Positions 50,743 through 58,811 of a stretch of 64,000 bases of DNA are shown here, piece by piece (position 1 is the first letter of the stretch; each line of letters begins with the position of its first letter). The DNA is from Bdellovibrionales bacterium. Lineage in GTDB: Bacteria > Bdellovibrionota > Bdellovibrionia > Bdellovibrionales > UBA1609. The stretch lies in assembly GCA_965261545.1 (NCBI GenBank), contig CBDHDF010000007.1, positions 288,001 to 352,000 of the forward strand, read 5' to 3'. The translations under genes were made by a program, and so were the position numbers. The notes beneath the pieces were generated by a model. The model was given only the letters and a program-made list of their open reading frames with translations. It did not search any database and had not been told where the DNA came from.

Positions 50743-51716
50743 GCCAGGCCATTTCGTCCGCCCCTCAACAGGGTCAGAAAAATATTGTTATAAATATTCT
50801 CAGTGGGTCTCAAAAGGGCTCTCGTTTTCAAGCTTGTTTGGTGCTTGGCAAATCTTTGACTGTAGGAAGAGGGGATAGCAACGATATTCAACTTCATGGG
50901 GACCCCAATATCAGCCGGCAACACTTTAAAATATCCCTTGAAGGTGGTGGTCTCTCCATGGAGAGTTTGAATACCAAAAACCCTGTGTGGGCTCAAGGCC
51001 AACCTCTTCAACAAACAAAGATCGAAGGTGTGGCTCACTTTGTGGTCGGGCAAACAGAGCTTGAAATCACTGTGGTTGGAAATCAAAATCATCAAACCTC
51101 TCAGTTTTCCCAACCCCCCCAGCCTCGGAGAATGACTTTACCCCATCAACAAGCCCAAGCCATGCCAGCCTTTTTTCAAAAAAAGAAAAAGAAACAAAAA
51201 GCTCTTTGGGTGATTGTGGCTGTCATGGGTTTATTGCTCTTTTTGGGAGATAAGAAAAAGCCTGTGGAGCCACCTCAACTTCGTACGGAAGAAGATGTGA
51301 ACAATGAGATTGCGACACAAAAGGAAGTTATTAAACAACTCAAAGAAAAGAATATCAAATTGGGAAAATCGACCATCCAATTTAAAACAGCTCAAGCAAG
51401 TTATATCAAGGGATTTAGAGACTACAAGCATGGGCAGTATCAAAGAGCGACCCAGTCCTTCCAAGCTTGCTTAAGTATTTATCCTCCCCATACTCTTTGT
51501 CGAAGGTACTTGGGGTTGGCGCAAAAGCGATTTAGTGAACTTGTACAGTACCACATGGTGCTTGGAAAGAAGTCTTTAGACAAGAAGCAGTACCGTGCAT
51601 GCATGACATCTTTTAACAATGTGATGGTGATGATAAGTGATAAAAGTGATAAGGTATTCATCGAGGCAAGGTCCAATTATGATATTTGTGAATACCATGA
51701 TCGGAAGAGGTTTTGA
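50739..51716 (+). CDS. FHA domain plus TM plus TPR-like protein
   Basis: VGRG...ISRQH; one TM segment; helical C-terminus. Confidence 0.8.
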   Translation: MSQAISSAPQQGQKNIVINILSGSQKGSRFQACLVLGKSLTVGRGDSNDIQLHGDPNISRQHFKISLEGGGLSMESLNTKNPVWAQGQPLQQTKIEGVAHFVVGQTELEITVVGNQNHQTSQFSQPPQPRRMTLPHQQAQAMPAFFQKKKKKQKALWVIVAVMGLLLFLGDKKKPVEPPQLRTEEDVNNEIATQKEVIKQLKEKNIKLGKSTIQFKTAQASYIKGFRDYKHGQYQRATQSFQACLSIYPPHTLCRRYLGLAQKRFSELVQYHMVLGKKSLDKKQYRACMTSFNNVMVMISDKSDKVFIEARSNYDICEYHDRKRF

Positions 51717-51766
51717 CGAGGTCTACGAGGTTCTGAGGAAAGAGATTTTAAGGGAAGAAATTTTAA

Positions 51767-53890
51767 ATGAAGTTAAAGGCAAAACGACAAGGTCAAATGA
51801 TTCACGAAATCGAACTCACTGAGGGTGAGGAGTATATAGTGGGTCGCTCCAGTGCCTGTGATCTATGCCTTAGAGAGTCTTCTAAAATTTCTCGACAACA
51901 TGTCAAAGTCTCTCAAGATGAAAATGGGCGGTGGGTGGCTCATCTTGTCGCTCGCTTTGGAGAGATGATATTTCAAGGTGAAAGTCAGAGCACTATTGTT
52001 CTTGACCAGGCTCTCTCCTTTCACATCTCACCCTATGATATTGAGTTTTCCATGGAACCTTCCCAATTTGGATCTGAGGAGGAGGGCCAAACGGGAGCAG
52101 ATCAACAAGAGGTAGCAGATCAACAAGAGGGACGAGCGGCGCCATCTGTACCTCCTCCCTCCGCCCCTGAGTCTATGATTTCCTGCCCCCCCTCTGTGTC
52201 CCGGACTTCTTCCGTTCCGGGGGCCTTCTTGGCCCCCTTTAAAGGTGAAATGGGTGATAGAGGCGAATTTAGTGATGATATCACCGCAGATGGTGTTTCG
52301 GATGAACTTCAAGCTTGTCTAGAGATTTTGTGGGAGAATGGACCCAGTGACCTTCATTCACTGGACAAAGGAAATCACTGGCTTTTGGGACGGGATAAGT
52401 CTCTCGCCCAGATTATTCTTGCAAAAAAATATATCAGCAAAAAACAATTTGAAATTGTTAAGAAAGGTTGTGAGTTTTACATTATAGATCTTGGAAGCTC
52501 CAATGGCACGTTTTTAAATAACGAAGCCTTATCCCCCCATGAGCCTCATATTCTCAAAAGTTATGACATGATTTCTGTTAAAAATTTAAAAATGCAGTTT
52601 ACTGTAAAGAACTCCTCTCTCATAACGAACCTTCCCGCAGAGGTGAACTTGGAGAGCCTTCCTAGAGGAGAGGAAGTTTTAGCTTCCCACCAAGAGTTGT
52701 CTCGGGGAGCTTCTCAAGGAGTCCATATGCTGGGAGATCAGATACCGGGCCCCGATGAAGTCAGCACCAATATTACTAAGATGGGACGCTTTCATCAAAA
52801 ATTTCCACCACAGAAGAGAAAGAAAGTCATTCGTATTGCCACAGTTTTATTTATACTTTCTATTTTCTATGGGTTGATGTATGATAGCGGTAAAAAAACC
52901 GGACTTTTCATTGGTGAAGAAGAGTCTGGGGCCTCTGGTGGAGCTTCGGGAGAGGATATGAGTCATCTGCCTCCTTCTCAGAAAATGATGATTAAAGACA
53001 CTTTTCGTCTCGCCCGTACACACTACACTCAGGGGAGTTATCAACTTTGTCTCTCTGAGCTTCATAAGTTACACCAACAACTTCCTTTTTACAAAAACTC
53101 AAAAGAAATTGAGTCCTATTGTGAGGAAGGGCGTTTGTCAATGATGAAGCAAAAAGAAAAGGAGCGGCGAGAATTGGCGGCAAAAGAACTCAAAGAAAGA
53201 GTTCACGTTCTTATTGAAGAATGCAAACGCAAGATCAATCCTTACACAACCCTTGCTCAATTGGAACAGGAGACGTGCTTCATAGAGGTTCGTGAGAAAG
53301 ACCCTGCTCATCCAGGGATTGCAAAGCTCATCGAAGATATAAAGATTCGTGAGCAGAAAAGACTTAGTGAAAGGCAAAGGCAAGCTCAATATCAAAGTCG
53401 AGTTCATCAAGGAACTCAGAGTTACAGTGCAGCCAAGCGCACTTATAAGACAAAGTCCTTAACAGAAGCCATAAGGGCTTATGAAAACTACCTAAAGTCT
53501 TCTTTCCCTGACCCTAAAAAACTTAAGGCCAAGGCCACAAGAGAATTGGCTTCTATAAAAAAGAAATTTAAAAAGCGAGTGAGAAAACATATCACCAAAT
53601 GTAAAAAATTTCTCAACCAAAAAGCCTATAAGAGATCCATTCAGTCTTGCGAAAAAGCCACGGCAGAGGATCCTTCAAGCAAGAAGGCTGAGTCTCTACG
53701 AAAGGAGGCCCTTTCTCAGCTAAGAGTCAAAATGAGAAAAATCTACGATGAGTCTGTGTTGGAGGAACAGTTCGGTAATATAGAAGCTGCCAAAATAAAG
53801 TGGAATCAGATTATACAAGAGGATATTTCTAGCGATGAGTACTTTCAGAGAGCCAAAAGAAAATTAACAAAATATGAAGGTGGGATTTAA
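51767..53890 (+). CDS. Double-FHA plus TM plus TPR protein
   Basis: VGRS..ISRQH and LGRD..ISKKQ..DLGSSNGTFLN. Confidence 0.82.
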   Translation: MKLKAKRQGQMIHEIELTEGEEYIVGRSSACDLCLRESSKISRQHVKVSQDENGRWVAHLVARFGEMIFQGESQSTIVLDQALSFHISPYDIEFSMEPSQFGSEEEGQTGADQQEVADQQEGRAAPSVPPPSAPESMISCPPSVSRTSSVPGAFLAPFKGEMGDRGEFSDDITADGVSDELQACLEILWENGPSDLHSLDKGNHWLLGRDKSLAQIILAKKYISKKQFEIVKKGCEFYIIDLGSSNGTFLNNEALSPHEPHILKSYDMISVKNLKMQFTVKNSSLITNLPAEVNLESLPRGEEVLASHQELSRGASQGVHMLGDQIPGPDEVSTNITKMGRFHQKFPPQKRKKVIRIATVLFILSIFYGLMYDSGKKTGLFIGEEESGASGGASGEDMSHLPPSQKMMIKDTFRLARTHYTQGSYQLCLSELHKLHQQLPFYKNSKEIESYCEEGRLSMMKQKEKERRELAAKELKERVHVLIEECKRKINPYTTLAQLEQETCFIEVREKDPAHPGIAKLIEDIKIREQKRLSERQRQAQYQSRVHQGTQSYSAAKRTYKTKSLTEAIRAYENYLKSSFPDPKKLKAKATRELASIKKKFKKRVRKHITKCKKFLNQKAYKRSIQSCEKATAEDPSSKKAESLRKEALSQLRVKMRKIYDESVLEEQFGNIEAAKIKWNQIIQEDISSDEYFQRAKRKLTKYEGGI

Positions 53891-53931
53891 GTATGAAGGC
53901 GAGACTTAAATATGAGAGCGGAGTTTAACCT

Positions 53932-54609
53932 ATGAAGGATATAATCAGTCGTTCCTATGGAGGAAAGTTATTCAGACCATCTCCAGAAACTTTTCAGAGG
54001 GATGATGATTTACTTATTGTGGTCACTCCTTGGGGACCTAGAGAGTCTGCAAAAAATCTTATAGAAACAGTGAATGAGCACTGTATTTCCCACGAAAATA
54101 GTATGGAAGTCACATCACCATTTGGGTGGCTCACCTATCTATCACCTCTTGGAAATTGGCTGCGAACAGCTCTTATGATTGCTAACAACAAGCTTTGCTC
54201 CGAAGAAAATAGTTACGAGTACCAGTCGGGAGTGGAGATTCTTGCCCTTTGGCGAGATGGTGAGGACTTATGTTTAGGTCACATTGGAGGGCCACATGTG
54301 TTTATTGATCGCAAAGGCTCTAACCTCATACCCCTTGTGTCTGGGTGGGATTTGTCTACAGAAATGTGTGTAAACCATCAATTGCCTCCTCCGCTTCCTA
54401 AAGAGTTGGCAGGAATCCATCAACCTGCTAATATTCATATAATGTCTATGAAACTTTTTGAAGGGGATCGTATTATTTTGCTAAGTCGATCTTATGTGCC
54501 CAATGCCTTTTACGCCCTCTCCAGGGACAAAAGAAATCTCAGTGGTATCTCACAGGCTCTGGCTCAGTCCGACCCCCATTGCCCCTTCTGGCTAGGAGTC
54601 ACTTCATGA
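53932..54609 (+). CDS. Degenerate PP2C/SpoIIE-fold protein
   Basis: L..A...AN..L, GHIG, L..GD.I.LLS pattern without the canonical DG motifs. Confidence 0.5.
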   Translation: MKDIISRSYGGKLFRPSPETFQRDDDLLIVVTPWGPRESAKNLIETVNEHCISHENSMEVTSPFGWLTYLSPLGNWLRTALMIANNKLCSEENSYEYQSGVEILALWRDGEDLCLGHIGGPHVFIDRKGSNLIPLVSGWDLSTEMCVNHQLPPPLPKELAGIHQPANIHIMSMKLFEGDRIILLSRSYVPNAFYALSRDKRNLSGISQALAQSDPHCPFWLGVTS

Positions 54610-55391
54610 GTGAGCACAAGACACAGTTTACGAACAATGATACTATTTACGGTCCCGTTCAAAGTCGTCGCATGGGATGGAGCCTAGGAATCAATCTTTT
54701 AGGACACGAACATAAAGTTTGCTCTTATAACTGTCCCTACTGTGAATTGGGAGAAAGTAAACTTCGCCTGAATCAAGTGGGGCGAACGATCAAATTTCAT
54801 CCCCCCGAGGTTATCAATGATCGATTTGTAAAAAAACTCTCTGATATCCAGCTCTCACCTCATCCCATAGAATCCATATGCAATTCAGGTTATGGTGAAC
54901 CCACCTTGTATCATCCTTTTAAAGAGGTGAGTGAAATGATCTACCATTCACGGAACGAAATTATGGGAAATGCTAAACTCCATCTCCTTACAAATGGAGC
55001 TCATTTTGATCAAAAAAAGGTTCTTGCAAGTCTTCCCTACTATGATTTTATTCATGTAAAGTTTGATGCGGGAGACGATCAAATTTTAAAACAGATCAAT
55101 GCTCCCCTTGTTCGGACCAATATCAACAAAATTCTCCACCAACTCCGAAGTATCGATCATTTAATTCTACAATCTATGTTTGTGACAGGGAGTGTGGACA
55201 ATACCACAAACGCTGCTGTTGAGTCTTGGATGGAGGCTGTGGGCATTGTTCAACCCCAGGTGGTTCATCTTTACACCCTAGATAGAAAGCCCACAGACGC
55301 CACTATTCTCAAGGTGGACGAAGACATCCTCGATATTATTGGAACGAAGCTTCGGCGCAAGACTCAAATAGAGTATCATGTGTTTTACTAA
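54606..55391 (+). CDS. Radical SAM protein
   Basis: YGPV.SRR.G.SLGIN, CSYNCPYC, GEPTL, LTNG; ATGA overlap with the upstream gene. Confidence 0.88.
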   Translation: MSEHKTQFTNNDTIYGPVQSRRMGWSLGINLLGHEHKVCSYNCPYCELGESKLRLNQVGRTIKFHPPEVINDRFVKKLSDIQLSPHPIESICNSGYGEPTLYHPFKEVSEMIYHSRNEIMGNAKLHLLTNGAHFDQKKVLASLPYYDFIHVKFDAGDDQILKQINAPLVRTNINKILHQLRSIDHLILQSMFVTGSVDNTTNAAVESWMEAVGIVQPQVVHLYTLDRKPTDATILKVDEDILDIIGTKLRRKTQIEYHVFY

Positions 55392-55595
55392 AATTCTTGT
55401 AACATTCATGGGGGCGCCTTGCTTCCCCACCCACGCCCATGAATCTTTCTAGGCCCCCACTTCTTTGCACGAAGCAACTCGGTGGACAGCTTCGCTGGTC
55501 TATATAATTGGCCTCTTTTAGTTACTCTGGACTTTTGATGGTATTTTTGTCATGTATGATTCCGATACAATAAAGGATAAAGCAATAACATTATT

Positions 55596-55790
55596 GGAAG
55601 GTGATAAGATGAGTGGCCGTTGAATAGATTGGTAATTTTAATTCCGTGAAGTAACATGGTCTTGAGCTTTGGATCGAACCCACGCATGTACCTGCACTCT
55701 GAGTGTATGGACGTATAGTAAGTTGACCTATTTTCGCTTTAGAATTTATGGCAAAATCCCAAGGCTCTAGTTTTATCACCTTCTTTTTTT
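55596..55790 (+). ncRNA. Candidate IS110 bridge/seek RNA (equivalents at 23611-23810, 25371-25565, 57300-57494 and minus 63261-63455)
   Basis: Hand-folded closing stem GAAGGTGATAA/TTATCACCTTC followed by a U-tract; two internal loops with target-like and donor-like sequences; G-U pairs favour the + strand. Confidence 0.65.
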
Positions 55791-55811
55791 CTAACAGAAA
55801 GGAGGAGTCAT

Positions 55812-57014
55812 GTGGATATTATTTATAGTTCTGTTTGTGGAATAGATGTTCATCAACATATGTTGATGTGTACGATTGTCAAAGTGGAAGACGGTAAGAA
55901 GAAGTTTTTCACAAAAGAGTTCAAGAATTTTCCAAAAAATTTTCCTAGAATGCGCTCTTGGATGAAGCCACATAAGGTTGAGAGAGTTCTTTTTGAGAGC
56001 ACAGGGATTTATTGGAATTCTTTATACGATGATTTGACAGAAAAAGGTTATGAAGTAGATGTTATCAATGCCTTTCATGTCAAAAATATTACTGGTAAAA
56101 AAACTGACGTGTTGGATAGCCAGTGGATTGCAGAGCTTGGTGCTTGTGGTCTTCTAAGAGCTAGCTTCATTCCTCCACGTGAGATTCGTTCTATTAGACT
56201 TTTGGCTCGTTATCGTACAAAAACGATCCGCCAAATATCTTCGGAACAAAATCGTATGTATAAGGTTCTTGAATATTCAGGCATTCGTTTAACCTATGCA
56301 ATGTCTAAAGCTGACTGCGTATCTGGTATGGCCATGATTCGTGCCATAGCTAATGGAGAGAGATCAGTTTCTAAATTGATGTCTCTTGCCAGAGGGTCTT
56401 TACGTCAAAAGACCGAAGAATTTTCTTACGCCCTGTCGGGAAAGATGACGGAAGAAAATCGTTTTGTTCTTCAACGCATTCTTGATCGAATAGATTTTTT
56501 GAAAAAAGAATGCTCTCAAATTGAAGAAGAACTTTTCATTCGTATGAAACCCTATGAAAGGCAGTGGCATCTACTCCAGACTATACCTGGAATTGACGAA
56601 TTAAGTGCAGCGCTTTTGATTGCAGAAATAGGAGGCAATGTGAAGTCTTTTAAAAATAAAGGAAATTTTTGCTCCTGGATGGGGATTTGCCCATCCAATA
56701 ATGAGAGCGCAGGAAAAAAAAAGTCTTCACGAACGAGGAAAGCGAACACATATGTGAAATCGTTGGTATGTGAGATGGCCAATAGTGCTATTAAGACGAA
56801 TTCACAATTCAAAGGCAAATACCAATCACTTGTTATAAGGCGTGGGCACAAGAGATCAGTGATTGCCGTTGGTCACAAAATGATGGGAGTTGTTTATTCA
56901 GTCATAAGTAATGACACCCCCTACAAAGACCCTGGAATTGACTATGAAAAGCTCATGGTGAAAAAAAATGCACCAAGGTGGATTAGAGCGTTAAAAAAGT
57001 ATGATTTCATGTAA
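55812..57014 (+). CDS. IS110-family DEDD recombinase/transposase (400 aa)
   Basis: GIDVH, FESTG.YW, KTD..DS..IA, TIPGI, AEIG, G..P...ESAG; AGGAGG RBS with GTG start. Confidence 0.96.
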   Translation: MDIIYSSVCGIDVHQHMLMCTIVKVEDGKKKFFTKEFKNFPKNFPRMRSWMKPHKVERVLFESTGIYWNSLYDDLTEKGYEVDVINAFHVKNITGKKTDVLDSQWIAELGACGLLRASFIPPREIRSIRLLARYRTKTIRQISSEQNRMYKVLEYSGIRLTYAMSKADCVSGMAMIRAIANGERSVSKLMSLARGSLRQKTEEFSYALSGKMTEENRFVLQRILDRIDFLKKECSQIEEELFIRMKPYERQWHLLQTIPGIDELSAALLIAEIGGNVKSFKNKGNFCSWMGICPSNNESAGKKKSSRTRKANTYVKSLVCEMANSAIKTNSQFKGKYQSLVIRRGHKRSVIAVGHKMMGVVYSVISNDTPYKDPGIDYEKLMVKKNAPRWIRALKKYDFM

Positions 57015-57102
57015 TGTAGGATGATTTAAAAACTCGGACATTTGAAAAAATTCGAAGAACGGATAGTGGATTCGTGCGTCCAAACTACCCCGGAGATTCA
57101 TA

Positions 57103-58811
57103 GTAACATTCATGGGGGCGCCTTGCTTCCCCACCCACGCCCATGAATCTTTCTAGGCCCCCACTTCTTTGCACGAAGCAACTCGGTGGACAGCTTCGCT
57201 GGTCTATATAATTGGCCTCTTTTAGTTACTCTGGACTTTTGATGGTATTTTTGTCATGTATGATTCCGATACAATAAAGGATAAAGCAATAACATTATTG
57301 GAAGGTGATAAGATGAGTGGCCGTTGAATAGATTGGTAATTTTAATTCCGTGAAGTAACATGGTCTTGAGCTTTGGATCGAACCCACGCATGTACCTGCA
57401 CTCTGAGTGTATGGACGTATAGTAAGTTGACCTATTTTCGCTTTAGAATTTATGGCAAAATCCCAAGGCTCTAGTTTTATCACCTTCTTTTTTTCTAACA
57501 GAAAGGAGGAGTCATGTGGATATTATTTATAGTTCTGTTTGTGGAATAGATGTTCATCAACATATGTTGATGTGTACGATTGTCAAAGTGGAAGACGGTA
57601 AGAAGAAGTTTTTCACAAAAGAGTTCAAGAATTTTCCAAAAAATTTTCCTAGAATGCGCTCTTGGATGAAGCCACATAAGGTTGAGAGAGTTCTTTTTGA
57701 GAGCACAGGGATTTATTGGAATTCTTTATACGATGATTTGACAGAAAAAGGTTATGAAGTAGATGTTATCAATGCCTTTCATGTCAAAAATATTACTGGT
57801 AAAAAAACTGACGTGTTGGATAGCCAGTGGATTGCAGAGCTTGGTGCTTGTGGTCTTCTAAGAGCTAGCTTCATTCCTCCACGTGAGATTCGTTCTATTA
57901 GACTTTTGGCTCGTTATCGTACAAAAACGATCCGCCAAATATCTTCGGAACAAAATCGTATGTATAAGGTTCTTGAATATTCAGGCATTCGTTTAACCTA
58001 TGCAATGTCTAAAGCTGACTGCGTATCTGGTATGGCCATGATTCGTGCCATAGCTAATGGAGAGAGATCAGTTTCTAAATTGATGTCTCTTGCCAGAGGG
58101 TCTTTACGTCAAAAGACCGAAGAATTTTCTTACGCCCTGTCGGGAAAGATGACGGAAGAAAATCGTTTTGTTCTTCAACGCATTCTTGATCGAATAGATT
58201 TTTTGAAAAAAGAATGCTCTCAAATTGAAGAAGAACTTTTCATTCGTATGAAACCCTATGAAAGGCAGTGGCATCTACTCCAGACTATACCTGGAATTGA
58301 CGAATTAAGTGCAGCGCTTTTGATTGCAGAAATAGGAGGCAATGTGAAATCTTTTAAAAATAAAGGAAATTTTTGCTCCTGGATGGGGATTTGCCCATCC
58401 AATAATGAGAGCGCAGGAAAAAAAAAGTCTTCACGAACGAGGAAAGCGAACACATATGTGAAATCGTTGGTATGTGAGATGGCCAATAGTGCTATTAAGA
58501 CGAATTCACAATTCAAAGGCAAATACCAATCACTTGTTATAAGGCGTGGGCACAAGAGATCAGTGATTGCCGTTGGTCACAAAATGATGGGAGTTGTTTA
58601 TTCAGTCATAAGTAATGACACCCCCTACAAAGACCCTGGAATTGACTATGAAAAGCTCATGGTGAAAAAAAATGCACCAAGGTGGATTAGAGCGTTAAAA
58701 AAGTATGATTTCATGTAATGTAGGATGATTTAAAAACTCGGACATTTGAAAAAATTCGAAGAACGGATAGTGGATTCGTGCGTCCAAACTACCCCGGAGA
58801 TTCATAGTAAC
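57103..58811 (+). mobile_element. IS110-family element, copy 4 (intact, head-to-tail with copy 3)
   Basis: Junction GATTCATA-GTAAC-ATTCATGG at 57103; right end joined to the IS66 left TIR. Confidence 0.96.
57516..58718 (+). CDS. IS110-family recombinase/transposase
   Basis: Same protein sequence as 55812-57014. Confidence 0.96.
   Translation: MDIIYSSVCGIDVHQHMLMCTIVKVEDGKKKFFTKEFKNFPKNFPRMRSWMKPHKVERVLFESTGIYWNSLYDDLTEKGYEVDVINAFHVKNITGKKTDVLDSQWIAELGACGLLRASFIPPREIRSIRLLARYRTKTIRQISSEQNRMYKVLEYSGIRLTYAMSKADCVSGMAMIRAIANGERSVSKLMSLARGSLRQKTEEFSYALSGKMTEENRFVLQRILDRIDFLKKECSQIEEELFIRMKPYERQWHLLQTIPGIDELSAALLIAEIGGNVKSFKNKGNFCSWMGICPSNNESAGKKKSSRTRKANTYVKSLVCEMANSAIKTNSQFKGKYQSLVIRRGHKRSVIAVGHKMMGVVYSVISNDTPYKDPGIDYEKLMVKKNAPRWIRALKKYDFM

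Larger units (their letters stand above)
55399..57107 (+). mobile_element. IS110-family element, copy 3 (intact, 1704-bp unit)
   Basis: GTAAC core at both ends; about 410-bp left non-coding end. Confidence 0.96.

Noticed and set aside
55591..55779. 62-aa antisense ORF repeated in the IS110 copies (also 25366, 57295, 63272)
   Set aside because: Recurs only because the IS is repeated, is disrupted in copy 1, and overlaps the structured RNA candidate; no protein motif.
57070..57125. Sigma70 promoter formed at the IS110 circle junction
   Set aside because: No convincing -35/-10 pair with correct spacing; the internal TATAAT near 55503 also lacks a properly spaced -35.
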